Of a stretch of DNA of 64,000 bases, positions 24,771-38,221 are shown piece after piece (position 1 is the stretch's first letter; the number at the start of each line of letters is the position of its first letter). The translations under genes were made by a program, and so were the position numbers. Below the pieces are notes generated by a model that was not told where the DNA came from, searched no databases, and worked only from the letters and a program-made list of their open reading frames with translations. The stretch spans positions 51,584,001 through 51,648,000 of the forward strand of contig JAGIQG010000009.1 of the NCBI GenBank assembly GCA_024679065.1, given 5' to 3'. Source of the DNA: Sphyrna mokarran (taxonomy: Eukaryota).

Positions 24771-27700
24771 AGAGGAAGTTTAGCTAACTCTAGTTGTTCT
24801 GTGCCTGTGCTTTCCTATCTCCACACTCTACCTAGCCAACCAATCAGTTGCAACAATGCAATGGGCAGGAATGAGCTTTCTTGGTAGGCCACAGTATACA
24901 CCTCTTAACGATGTTGAAACATTCCATTGTACAACAGCACCAACGATGGAGATCAGTGGAGGCCGAATACTTGGAGGATTGAGCTAGAATTCATGCTCAA
25001 GTTTGCTAAATGCGACTCAGCGACTGAAACACCAAAGAAATAATCAAATATTTTACCTGCTGCTATTGGGCAACATTAGCTGTAAAATATTGCAAGTATC
25101 AGAAAAATGATCTTAATCTTAATTTTCTAACATTGGTGAAGATTACAACCAAACTATACAATAGCACAGACTAGTGGTCATTCATAGAAAATATGTCCAT
25201 TTAACTATCATAAATCTGTAACCTGGAAACTCAGAATAGATCATAATCAACTGTTGAGTTTTGGCAGCTCAAAGACTGAACAGTGAGAGAGGGAACAAGA
25301 TAAATCAAGTTGTATTGGTTAGATGAAATCAAGCTTGGGTTTTAAAAACTTTGATTGTAGGGGGAGGGAAAGTAACTTAAAGAAGGAATGAGTTAGAGTT
25401 TAGTGTGCAATGTATTTTTATTTTAATATGGTTAGAATGTGGTGGAGGAGAACCTGAAAAGCAATATTTCTGTAGCTTTGGAGTACAGAAATTCAGATAA
25501 ATGCTAATATTATAAAAGAAAACAAGAAGGCTGCAATAGAGAGAAAGATTGGAAAGACGAGAGAGGACCTATTTATTACAAATAAACAAAGTACAAAACA
25601 CAAACATCAAGGCAATCTCAAATCTCCTAACATTAATACAGCAACTTAGAAATCAGTTCTCCTATCCCACATAATGGTTGTTTTCTCACTTTTTACATTT
25701 AAAGGGGTTTATCACAATGGTGCTACAAAGCCTTATAGGAACCACTACAAATGCACATGCAGTTCCTCTCTTAAGTCTATAGTAAAAACCCAGTAGCTTT
25801 CTCTGAAAAAGCTGAGGTTTTGTTGTGGACCCAGTTGGCCAAGCGAGTCTATATTCAGTGAACGTTGAGAAATGCAAACTCGGAAGATCTCCAGTTTATT
25901 TTCAAAGCCTGAACCGTTAGTCGGGGTTCAGCCAGAGCAACATTATCAGTGATCCACTGAAGTCTGGTGCCATTTGTTCAGAAAGGAAGAGGTGGCTCCT
26001 GTTCCAAATCCCTATTCAGTGATCTTTTTCCCCCATTGGACAGTGCTCACATGGATTGTGGGTGTAGAAGATTAGGCTCAATTAACTCAGACAAAGAGAT
26101 CACAAATGTCGCCTCTTTGCCTTTTCCTCCACAAATAGAGAACACTTGCTTTTCTCTAGACATTAGAGTCACTAACTACCAGGACAAACAATTCAGATTT
26201 AGAAACTTCTTTCTGATTTTAAGCTCAATCTCTCACTTTTAACTGGACTCTTGCAACTTACATTCCATTGTCCAAACTCAATTCCTCTCCCTGCTCGAAA
26301 CATCCTATTCTTCTTTTACCCCTTACTGGTCCCTGCAACACCACACATCAGCTAGAGCTGGAATGCAGGGCAAAGGACCTCTATCAGTACATTTTATGCC
26401 AGGATACCAAACATGCTGAGCAAGACTGAGCTCTTGGTTTGCTCCAAAGAGAACACAAATATCAGCAGAACAGGAGAAGTCAAACACATGTTCCACTTTG
26501 TATCTCTGGGTTCTACATTTCAGGGCAGATGGACAAATAGGTTAAAAAAATGCTTGTCTAAACATAGATAAAGAAGTAAACAAAGTTCTCAAAAGTTCTA
26601 CAGCAGCAGGTGCATATACATTATATAGTAAAGGAATAGGGAAAAAAAAAAGAGGAAAACACAATGCTGAGACATATGCATTCAGGTATTCTGGAACTAG
26701 GTTCAGTTGAGATGCCTAAAGATTGTAGTAATATAAATCTTGTCAGCTGTCAAAATCACTGTGTATGTATTAACAGCCCAGAAACTAGCTGATCAGATTT
26801 TGTTATCTAGTACCCAAGACCATAAGGAGAACAATGTCTTTGTTATGCAAAATATAGTCAAGATTCATATGGCAATGCTGTATTGATGTTACCATCTTTT
26901 GAAGAGAAATTCAAGCTAAAGGCTATTCTGCTTGCTCCAGTGCACATTTATGGTACCATGGCACCATCTGATGAACAAGTGCTGATAGTGTCCTAGCCAA
27001 CATTCCACCCAATCCAACATCACAAAAAATAAACTCATCATTCATTTCACTACTGTGTGAGATTTCACTTCATACATGGTGACTTGCTATACTGCCAAAA
27101 TAGCAATGGTCAATCCATTCAAAGTTATTATATATGAAGTGCTTTTAAGTATGCAAGAGCAAGGGGGTCTTATGTAATTGAAACATCTCAGCTCAAAGAA
27201 ATTAACTACATTAGCAAATGGTATATATTTACTGCATGACCATATTTATTACATATTGATATTAAATAGGATATTAATAACTTATTTTGAAAAGTGTCAC
27301 CAAATAAATGCTCTCTCCAATGCGATACTGGGTCATGTAGACCAAGGAAGTTACAGATTCAATTCCTGATCATGGCTGGGATGCTACAGATGATTAGGCA
27401 GGCAAGAGAAACCGTCTTTTGATTGCTATGAAGGACAATTGGGAAGGAGGCAAAGGGTTTGGGCTTCCAATCCTTGCCAGTGAACCCAGATAAAGTATTC
27501 GTATGTTAAATGTGGAACAAATAGAGGGTTGGGTTTGGTTAAGATATCACAGCCAGTTAAGAGGCCTGTTGACATTTAATGTTCAGAGTCATACTTGAAA
27601 GACATCAGGAGGTGGGTAGCACCTGCGGAACCACATGCCAGAATAAGTTGACAACTTCAAAGAAGGAACAGAAGATAAATTAGGTGAAAAGGAAGAAAAA

Positions 27701-28947
27701 ATGTAATAATAAGCTGCTTTGGAGGAATTTCTGTACATAGAAACTTTCATCCTACTGGTACACTTAAAAGCATCCCAATTACTGTACAGATTTTTTTAAT
27801 GCATCCTTTTCCTCAGAGTTACAAAGCCAACATGCAGAGTGGACAGGGTAAACTGTCACACCATTCCCTTGCTTGCTCCAAAAATCAAAGCTCTTAAAGA
27901 CAGACAAGATGATACAAATATATGGAGCCCACTAACAGCTGTATCACTTCCACACAGGCAGTGTGTGCTTGTGGTTTTGGCTTTCTTCAAACAGACAAAA
28001 AAACACCACTCAAACAAGATTTTCTTTTAAATTTGCATGTGGAAAATGGTTCCAATTTATCCAGTTTCAGGAAAGATTTGAAAATTTTTCTTTTGCTGCA
28101 AAAATGCGCCTTTTGCTGCACATTTGAACAGGTGAATGTTGCTGAAACCTGTTTGGACCAGAACAAGCGCGTCAATCGGGCTAGTAGTCACAATCTTTTT
28201 CCGCTTGACTGAAGCAAAGATGTTTACAGTGCACCAAATACCAAAGGCAAAAGTCTGGATGAGTCTTTAATATGTACTGCCACGTTAGTGGCAACTTGAC
28301 TATAGTGTTTACAATGGAAATGCACCACCAATTTCAAGGGTTAAGTTTGGGGCAGATTGGTTCTATAAATGGGCTATCTGTGGATGGCTGTGATATCAAT
28401 ATCAAGAACGTAATATTCGATACCTCTGTTCAGGACAGGAAATAGAAACAGCAGAGACAGTTGTCAATGTCACAACTGGAGGGGACATAACTTCACAGCA
28501 AACGCACCACACCCCAGGCCGACAGAACAACCTCGCTTCTAAATGGCACATATAGAATATCTGTCCTGAATTTGATGAGGACACAGGGAAAGGTTAGAAG
28601 GTTAACACTTGATGCATTCTACAAACAAACTGAACAAGATATCCACTTTATAGCTCATGTAATTTACACTTATCAGCATATTTTTTTAAACAGCAATTGG
28701 AGATGACCAACACGTCACACTCAATTTGTTGGGTGCTTATACTAATGAGTTCTCAAGTTCGTCCTTGCCTACTTCTAAATAAGTCAGCCGCTGCAGACTT
28801 CTGAACTGATGCTGAGCTAATATTATCAGTGAAATGTCAGGAAGATTTCCTGATGAACTTGATGGGCTCTGTGTCTGAGTTGGATGATTGGACTGCTCAA
28901 TTCTTAAGATGCATTGTTCTCAGTGTTTCAGCCAACTTGGTGTTAGA

Positions 28948-29240
28948 TCATAAGACACAGGAGCAGAATTAGGCCACTCGGCCCATCGAGTCTGGTCCAT
29001 CATTCAGTCATGGCTGATATTTTTCTCATCCCCATTCACCTTCCTTTTCCCCATAATCCCTCATCCCCTTATTAATCAAAAACCTATCTCTGTCTTAAAG
29101 ACACTCAATGACCTGGCCTCCACAGCCCTCTGCGGCAAAGAGTTTCACAGATTGAGAACTCCCTGGCTGAAGAAATTCTCTTCACCTCTGTTTTAAAGGA
29201 TCGTCCCTTTAATCTGAGGTTGTGCCCACTGATTCTAGTG
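28948..29240 (-). mobile_element. CR1 LINE 3' fragment
   Basis: Translates as TRISGHNLRLKGRSFKTEVKR on the minus strand, followed by a CR1 3'UTR. Confidence 0.8.
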
Positions 29241-29389
29241 TTACACTTTCTGTCTGCCACACAGACATCATGGAGGAAGCATGCATGTATTTCCAATTGT
29301 TTAGCAGCTGCCACAACCCAAAGTTTATTAAAATATATAGATATCCATGAGTAAACAGGCATAACCTGAGATCCATTTTTCAAACCTAC

Positions 29390-29525
29390 CTCAAACAAGC
29401 CTCTGTCGATGGGGAAAAGCCTTTGGAGCACCTGCACGGACTGCTGGAGACTAGCGAGGAAGGGCAGCCAGCAACAGGCAAATGTAATCAGCACAGTGAG
29501 AGCAATTTTGATCAATTGCTTCATC
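29390..29525 (-). CDS. ALG6: ALG6 coding exon 8 (136 nt): MKQLIKIALTVLITFACCWLPFLASLQQSVQVLQRLFPIDRGLFE
   Basis: Acceptor TTTGTTACAG, donor GTAGGT; RLFPxDRGLFE motif. Confidence 0.96.
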
Positions 29526-29862
29526 CTGTAACAAAAAAGAGATTTATCCTCTTGAACAGCAAGACTCGCTTCCCCCTCCTCCATCCGTAGTGAAAAGAAA
29601 AGAGAGAATAAAAAGAACGCTGCTTAGGACCACATTTTCTCTCCACCCAATGGTGTGCAGGGATAGTTTCACAATGCACTTCCAGAATTCTCAACTGGGC
29701 AGCTGCTCTGCAACATGGAGCATCAGTGTTATTCCGTTATGGAGGCTATCACACTCTCATCAATTAATATGTATATGTGGATTTTCCAGCATTACACATC
29801 AAGCAGTAATCACACAAAAGAACTTGGGCGAATTTTTTTCCTTCAATATCTTATAAAACATC

Positions 29863-30140
29863 ACATGGAATGGTTAGCACTCCTGCTTCACAGTACCAGG
29901 GACCTAGGTTTGATTTCCAGCTTGGGTCATTGTCTGTGGAGACCCTGTACCTTCTCCCTGTGTCTGCGTGGGTTTCCTTCCATACTCCGAAAGACGTGCT
30001 AGTTAGGAGCATTGGCCATGCTAAAATTCTCCCTTAGTGTATCCGAACAGGTGCAGGGTCTGGCGAATAGGGGATTTTCACAGTAACTTCATTGCAGTGT
30101 TAATGTAAGCCTATTTGTGATACTAATAAATAAACTTAAA
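29863..30140 (+). mobile_element. HE1-like SINE, tail type B
   Basis: Same head and tail as the copy at 24468. Confidence 0.82.
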
Positions 30141-30374
30141 AATAATTTTCCTGTTTGAGATCAATTAATTTAGTACAGATTAATAATTGTCACCCATATC
30201 CAGCCTCCCCTGCCACCCTCTTCCCACCAGCACCCTCCCAAATTGGTATGGTTTCATCCCACAATGGAAGCTAGCTTAGCTATTTGAGTAATGAGGGGTT
30301 GAGGGGAATCAACATATTTTCATCAGTCAGATTTCAACATTTCAATCTTTCAGGGCAGCATGGCTTCCCACTTC

Positions 30375-30680
30375 TACAAATGCATTGCAGCAACTTGCCA
30401 AGGCTCCTTTGATAACACCTTTCAAACTCAAGACTTCAACCACCTATAAGCTCACATGCAGTAAATGGGAACTCTACAACCTGCTAGCTCCCTTCCAAGT
30501 TACACACTACCCTGACTCAGAACTACATAGTCATTCCTTCAGTGTTGTTGGGTCAGAATCCTAAACTCCCTCCCTAACAGCACATGGACTGCAATTGTTT
30601 GAGCAGGTGGTGACGGGAAGAGATTTAAATGCTGGCCTTGCCAGTGACACTCACATCCCAAAACTAAAGGGAAAAAACAT
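30375..30680 (+). mobile_element. LINE 3' fragment (CR1-group)
   Basis: aactccctccctaacagcac...aaatgctggccttgccagtgacactcacatccc; a related tail occurs at ~62810-62890. Confidence 0.55.
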
Positions 30681-31974
30681 CTGACAGCTTCTACAATGTT
30701 TGTGTTATCGAAAACAGCAACACAGTGGGAGGGACAGAAATACAACCCTGGGTTCCAAAATACATCATGGTGTTCCATGGTATAATATCCATATAGGAAT
30801 GTCTGAAAGGATCTGCAATTTCTCCTTCATCCTCTCCCAGGTTATATTCCAACACTCTTTATACAGTTATGAACTGTTATTATCACACTATGGCAGGGCT
30901 AAGTAACAACGTCTGTGATCTTTGCCTGTCGGCAACTCATCTTTTGATACTCCTCTATTAATTGGCCTTGCTAAGTGAGCACTGAATTAATAAGTGTGAG
31001 GAATTCTAATCTATGTCAACTTAAAAAGATGGCTAAAAACTAAAATATTAGTCAGCTGAGTTGGAACATAGAATGCTAGGTTTATTGTACCAATGATCAT
31101 TCAACCAATGCAACCAACTTACCACAACTATTCCTCAGTCAATGGTAACATTCTCACCTGAATGAAAAGGTTTGAATCAAAACTGCTTTTTGGACTTGTG
31201 TACAAATTATAGAGATTCCAGTGAATTACTGGGAGTATGCTACACTGAAGGAGGTGCTTTCTTTTACATGACAGATTGCACTGAGGGCCCAGCCACCTGC
31301 TCAGGAACTACTGAAGAACAGGACTGCTCTCCAAATGTCCCAGCCAATCTTAATCAACAAAACAGTGCAAGTAATTACCTTGTGAGATACTTTTGTGGAC
31401 AAACTGGCTACCTACATTACAACATCTCAACTTAGTTATTTTTTTAAGAAATGTAATATCATCCGCCTCTAATGTTCTCTACACCTTTGTTCAGTGTTCT
31501 GTCTCACTCAGGATATAGTGACAGCTCTCCAGTATCTTCTACATGCAGTCACTTTCTCCCTCTCTCTCTCATCGATAGCTGTACAATCTCCAAGAAGGGC
31601 ACTGACTACCACGCACTTCAATGTGATGGTCCATGGCTATTCTTGACAAGGTATTGCAGTGATTTGCTGTTGCCCTCCTCAGCTTTTGCCTGAAAAATCA
31701 GAAAACTCTATACTGCAACAGATATATTGAAAGGATTTGCAGTTTGATAATCAACCTGTTTGGCCTAATTATAAACATATCTTCCATGGGTTACGAACCC
31801 CCAGTTTCAGAAAGGATGGTATAACTGCCCCAGAAGAGCCCTGACAGCCAGAGGGCAGATTTTTCAGACTGGAGCTTTGGAAGTCAAATCAGTAAATCCA
31901 ATTCTGTCTTTATAACAGTTCACACATGCTTCTCCTAGCACTGATAAGAGGTAACAGATAACAAAGTAAAATCA

Positions 31975-33172
31975 AATCATTGAATCCTTCCAGTGCAGAA
32001 GGAAACCTTTCAACCCATGAAGTCTGCATCAGCTCTTACCTAGCCTAATCCCATAACCTCACATATTTACCCTGCTAATCCCCCTAATTTACATATATTC
32101 ATCGTGGAGTTCGGTGACAAGTGGTGTACCTCAGGGGTCTGTTTTGGGGCCCCTGCTGTTTGTAATTTTTATAAATTATCTGGATGAGGGTATTGAGGGA
32201 TGGATTAGTAAATTTGCAGATGACACTAAAGTCGGTGGAGTGGTAGATAGTGAAGAGGGGTGTTATAGTTTGCAGAGGGATTTGGACAAGTTGCAGAGCT
32301 GGGCCGAGAGGTGCAAATGGAGTTTAATGTGGAAAAGTGTGAGGTAATGCACTATGGCAGAAATAATAAATGTGTAGAGTATAGGGCAAATGGTAGGATT
32401 CTTATTAGTCTAGATGAACAGAGGGATCTTGGTGTGTATGTGCATAGATCCCTGAAAGTAGGCAGTCAGGTCGAGAAGGTTGTTAGGAAGGCATATGGAG
32501 TCTTGGCTTTTATTGGTAGAGGGATTGAATTTCGGAGCCGCAACGTCATGTTGCAACTGTACCAAACTCTAGTGCGGCCGCACGTGGAGTATTGTGTGCA
32601 GTTCTGGTCCCCACATTATAAGAAAGATGTGGAGGCATTGGAGAGGGTACAGAGGAGGTTTACCAGGATGTTGCCTGGTATGGAGGGCGGGTCTTATGAG
32701 GAGAGGCTGAGGGATTTGAGGTTGTTTTCGTTAGAAAGGAGGAGACTAAGAGGGGACCTGATCGAAACATATAAGATGATTAGAGGTTTAGATAGGGTGG
32801 ACAGTGATAGCCTTTTTCCTAGGATGGAAAAAGCTAGAACGAGGGGACACAGCTTTAAATTAAGGGGTGATAGTTATAGGACGGATATCAGAGGTAGGTT
32901 CTTTACCCAAAGGGTGGTTCGGGAGTGGAATGCCCTGCCTGCAGCAGTTGTAGATGCGCCAAGTTTGGTGGCGTTTAAGAGTTTAGTTGATAAGTATATG
33001 GAAGAGAAGGGAATGGTTTAGTTTGGAGGGGCATTGCTTTTTATATTGGTCGGCGCAACATCGAAGGCAGAAGGGCCTGTTCTGTGCTGTAATGTTCTAT
33101 GTTCTATATCTTGGATACTAAGGGGCAATTTAGCATGGTCAATCCACCTAACCTGCACATCTTTGGACTTTA
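31975..33172 (-). mobile_element. Antisense HE1-like SINE split by a CR1 insertion (parts at 31975-32095 and 33107-33172)
   Basis: The two parts join into a sequence matching the SINE at 34375-34697. Confidence 0.75.
32095..33106 (+). mobile_element. Young CR1 LINE, 5'-truncated RT fragment with one frameshift
   Basis: [21 protein letters not shown]; 1-bp deletion near 32311; tail gttctatgttctat. Confidence 0.95.
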
Positions 33173-33623
33173 GAAAGCTGACAATTTATTCATCCCTCCC
33201 TACCCCAGGTAAGATGACAAGTTATCACATTGCTGCTTCAGCTGAGGTAACAGAACATAGAGCCAGGATTGATCCTGATCTTTATAGACTCTGGTCTACA
33301 TAGAGTATTGTACTCATTGTTCAGAATACTGGGCTTTGTATATCTTCAACGCGACAGCATAAAATCATTCAACAGCTATCTACAAAAGGTATACTTAGCA
33401 AGAAGAAATAGTGGAGGAAAAAATAGAATTTTAAGTCAAATGTTAAGAAGTTCCCTTCTTAATTAAACTGATAGGCTCAAACACAGCTTGCATGTTTATT
33501 TTAAGCTGTTTACAGGACAGTGCAAACCAGAACAATTCTCAAGTCTTAAAAATAGACCTCACTTGATCCATTTGACATGACAAGGACCAAGAGTCTATTT
33601 AATTCATTGTTTCAGTCACTCAC

Positions 33624-33809
33624 CCTTCACCTTTCAAGTCTTTCTTTAAACAGTTCCCAAGGAGATAGCAGAAGAAAGGCAGTGCGTGGTAAAGTTCCAT
33701 TTGCTTATAGTTAAGAGCCAGGCAAAACGCCACTGAGCCAAAGAGGACTCGATCAAACAGTAGGCCCAGCAATCCCCACACAGCAAGGCCCAAGCTGATA
33801 GAGTTATAT
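33624..33809 (-). CDS. ALG6: ALG6 coding exon 7 (186 nt): [62 protein letters not shown]
   Basis: AC acceptor, donor GTGAGT; [14 protein letters not shown] motif. Confidence 0.96.
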
Positions 33810-34775
33810 GTGTTTTCATGTTAAGGATAGCTCACAAATATTCACTCAAAACAGCATACACAGACAAACCAGTACTCTCACCAGCATTTTTATTGCCTTT
33901 TGCCAGTACTAAGGAATGAGGCAAAAGCTACTTATACATATGTTTTAAAAGAAAAGAAAATTTTACAATTTTCAGAATTTATTACATAAATGGAATTAGG
34001 TAAAGTGGTTTTATCCTTTTCGAATTCATGTCGACAACCAACCATTTGCCTATGATCGAGAGGCAGATATTTTATTTGAGGGTGTATTACTTTGTTCCCC
34101 ATCACCTCTTTAAGATGCCGGCTCGTGCTGAGGTGTTGGACCTCCTGCTGTCCCCCAGTGAAAATTCCAGATTATTTAAACATGGGCAGAACATAGTTCT
34201 GTCCTCATTAAATGTTTACATGCATTTCCCAGTAGGGGTCCAAGAGGAATATTCAATAGCACAAACTGCTGAGCGATTTTTCTTCCCGTTGGCCTGGAGT
34301 TATGGAAGTTATCATGGCTGAAATCAAGTTAACTCAATAAAGGCCTGCTAGCAAACCTAAGCTCATCCGGCTCCATGGAATCCTTTCACTGCAGGAGGCT
34401 ATTCGGCTCATTGATCCTCAAAAGAACATCTAAACTAGACCCACTTCCCCCTTCCCCACCAAACCCCTGAACCCCATGCATTTACCGTGGCTAATCTATT
34501 TAACCTACACATCTTTTAGACACTAAGCAGTAATTTAGCATGGCTAATCCACCTAAACTATACATCTTTGGACTTTGGGAGAAAACTGGAGCACTCAAAG
34601 GAAACCATGAGAAGAAACTCCACTCTATCACCCAAGGCCAGATTCAAACCCGGGTCCCTGGCGCTGTGAGGCAGCACTGCTAACCAATGTGCCACATCAC
34701 AATGAAGTCACTCACTGAACCACTGGGAGAGCTAAATGCATTGTTTTACCAGTTTCTTTAACATTCAAAGGATAT
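33810..34775 (-). other. ALG6: U12-type (minor spliceosome) AT-AC intron of ALG6
   Basis: 5' end ATATCCTTTG (consensus RTATCCTTT); branch point CTATCCTTAAC at 33830-33820, ~10 nt before the terminal AC (33811-33810); splicing restores GHFQ|YNSISLG. Confidence 0.95.
34375..34697 (-). mobile_element. HE1-like SINE (CR1-type tail) inside the U12 intron
   Basis: Reverse-complement head gtggcacattggttagcagtgctgcctcacagcgccagggacccgggtttgaa. Confidence 0.82.
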
Positions 34776-34840
34776 TGAAAATGGCCATGGTCGATAAGAA
34801 TGAGTCCAGGGTACAGCAGTACACACAGCATAGATGACAC
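34776..34840 (-). CDS. ALG6: ALG6 coding exon 6 (65 nt): [22 protein letters not shown]
   Basis: Acceptor TTTGCAG; followed by U12 donor ATATCCTTTG; [12 protein letters not shown] motif. Confidence 0.95.
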
Positions 34841-37800
34841 CTGCAAACAGTAAAAGCAGTTGTACATTTTCAATACAGTTACACTGAATCATGTCTCCTG
34901 ATAAGCAATAAATTATTTCCCCAAGTCAGTTTTCTCTCTCTTCTTTTGAAAATGTTAAAGCTCATGCTGGGATCAGAAATGACTTAGATACTCTACAACA
35001 GCTCACCCAAGTAAGGTACGGTTTATTCAAATTGTGGGCATTGCAATTGAACCCAAACTATCCTACCAAAAATCTACTTTTCCACTGATCAGGAGTGAAA
35101 ACTCTGTGATTTCTGTTCCACGCCAAAACTCAGATGCAGAAATCAATGAATTATCAACCTAAAAAGGCCTTCCAAAATGCTTTTTTCTATATCCATGAAC
35201 TTTCATTTGTCCATTTTTTTTTCCTGAAAGTGTTGATTTATACTGTTCTCACTGAGGCTTCAAATAACACTACAAAGTGTCCATTCTTCTCATATTGTTG
35301 TTAGATGTGACCCCATTAATTGACCAGAGTGTATCACAACCCTGTCCAGTCCTATCCCCACCAGGATCCCTTTGACAGGGAATTACTGGAACGAGAGTAC
35401 ATTATTTAGCCCCTCAAACTTGTTCTATCATTCAATTTTATCCTGACAATTTCATCTTAACTTAATCTACCTGCTATTTTTAATTCCCAAATTCCTCAAA
35501 CTCATACCTAATAAAAATACATTGATTTCAGTCTTGTCAGCTTCACTTGACCCAGTATTTACTGAATTTTGGATTTTTTATTTTTCAGGTATCCACTACC
35601 ACATCAAAAAATAATTTCCAATGTCACTTCCAACTGGTCTAGCACTAATTTTAATATTTGAACACTGGCTGTTTTTTCAATCTTTCCACCTTCATTGCAT
35701 AGGATCACTGAGGTAAAAAGGAGCTTCGAACTGCCACTATATAATGATTCATGCTCACACACTTCATCAGGAAAACAAATTTATTAATAAGGGAAGTCCT
35801 CTCCCGCCTGCTGCCCTTAAGCAGTCCACCAGCTGCCCCAATCCTTGCATATTTTCTAGAGGCCTTTTGTGTGAGATTTTGTGTGGCCTTTTATCCACTC
35901 ATTGGTGTGATTATCTGTTCTCAATGCCAATCAGTCCCTCAAGTCAGGTGACCCTCTTCTGCTGTGTTGCCCTTAAAAGGAATAATCACCAGATACTAGT
36001 TCCTCAATTCAGACAAAAGATTGAACCTAGGATCATTTTTGGTCTTTATGGTTCTCTAACAAATTGCATGGTGCATTGAAGCAATTGGACTGGAAAGTAA
36101 AAACATTTAATCAAGTTAATAGTTAGCTTTCCTGTGCTGATGAAATACAACTGTCAAGCAAATATTACCTTCAAACAAAGGCCATCAGGTGAGAACATAT
36201 GGAATACATCTCATCATATAGACTGCAGTTGATCATACACAATCCACAAAAATACAATAGCATTGCATGGGATGGTCACCCAATATAACATTTAAGCATA
36301 TTCACTGTAAAGATCCAGATATCATTTCTGGTCTGTACAGATATGAGATTTCAACAGGATTAGTTTAGCAATCAGAGTAGCTGCATAAAAATATTTAATG
36401 ATTGTTGGAAAGTGAACAAGAGTTGACATGAGACAATGGCAGCCTCAGGCTTAACCGCGATGCCTTCCAAGGTCAAATATATTGCTTGTCTCGATTTACA
36501 AAAGATGAAGAGTCACTTGCTTGAGGCATCTCGACTCATTATGAATGAGTGTCTTCAGGTGAAGGCGGGGAATTGAAAAGATGCAGCAGAGATGGAAAAG
36601 AAACATTTGCATTCATTGTTTAAAGCCAGTTACTACGGATTTGTATCCTGATGACACCAACGCGCTGCACTCCGTGTGATTTTAGTCACGTAGCGGAGGT
36701 GCTAATTTAGGAACATTACTCATTGCGCGAAAGTAAGATCATGGGGCAGTTAATGCGCAATTGCAGCTGTTACCTTTACATGAATTACACTGATAATTAC
36801 ATGGGACAAACACTGAATAAATGTCATTACTGTTCCCTCTCAGCTGTTGATTGCCCTGTAGTCCCCAGCCACCTCCCCAACCAGCTTTCCTGCATGCTTC
36901 TTGGGAAACAATTTCAAAAATTGTCTACCAGCCAAACATATCTGGTTTCATGGCATACGCATTTTGCGCTATCTTGAAGCACCTATCATAGATCAAGGAA
37001 GCCTTCACCTTGACTTTTATCAGTATTTCAAGAATGTTAATGATTTGGTTTTGTTGTTTCAGTATACAAAAATATCAGTAAATCTAATGATGGTTCCATA
37101 ATGTGACAGAATTTAAAACCTCGGAGCAGTTTCAAGAAACGTAATCTTCAACTCATGCAAGCCACTGCTGCATGATCGCATGGACTTCACTTATTCCACA
37201 GCTATGTTCCAGACGCTTTCACTGAAACTGAAATTTAACCCTAAGCCTTTGGTCACCTTTACTAAAATGTCAAACCACATTAATCTAATCCACCACTCGA
37301 TCAAAGGAAGCAGAAATTCTGTTGATCACTTCAATTCTTTCCTGCCCTGAACAAAACAATTCCTTTCCCGAAAGCATGAAAACTTGCTACATTGTGCATC
37401 CAGAAGTGTCTTGGATATGGCACACACGTAAATATTCTTCACAAAAGCCCGTACAATAATATCAGAAGGCTGTTTTTCCTCAGAGGGAGGTGACTTGCCA
37501 TAGTTTACCCTGCCTTTACCCAAAACATGTCTGCAAATGCAGAAAGATCTACACATATACACACAGGTAGGTAATGATCAGGAACGAGAATGGAACTTGA
37601 TTTCCACCACTGCTCCCACTCCTTGCCCACCACAGGGGACTGAGACCAAACATCTGATATTGAGATTTATCAACTCAATTCAAACCAGGCCTTGGGAATC
37701 TGAAACTGCTTTGCTAAAATGCCAGGGCAATGAACTTCATTACATTATCAATTTTTCTCGAGTTAACCAGTGATGGTTTAGGTGCTAAGGATCAAAGCAC

Positions 37801-37907
37801 TGAGGTTACTAAAGCAGAATAGTCAGACACAAATGCATGAAATGTTCACTTCAGCTACAAAAATTAACAGCCAACTTACATTTATGTGGCACTTTACATT
37901 ACATTAA

Positions 37908-38207
37908 AGGGCAGCACAGTGGTTACTGTTATCTCACAGCACCTAGGACCTGGGTTCAATTCCCGGCTTGGGTCACTGTCTATATGGAGTTTGCGTATTC
38001 TCCTCGTGTTTGCATGTGTTTCCTCCTGGTGCTCTGGTTTCCTCCCACAATCCGAAAGACGTGTTAGTTAGGTGCATTGACCATGCTAAATTCTCCTTAA
38101 TGTACCCAAACAGGCACCGGAGTGTGGGGCGACAAGGAGATTTTCAAAGTAACATGTTGCAGTGTTAACGTAAGCCTTCATGTGATTACTAAGTAATTTT
38201 AAACTTA
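37908..38207 (+). mobile_element. HE1-like SINE, tail type B
   Basis: gggcagcacagtggtta...gggttcaattcccggc; type-B tail. Confidence 0.82.
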
Positions 38208-38221
38208 ATGCAACCCAAAGA

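Noticed and set aside
29105-29584. 159-aa ORF apparently fusing ALG6 and CR1 sequence
   Set aside because: Read-through past a good donor at 29389 into intron and a CR1 fragment; no evidence of exonisation.
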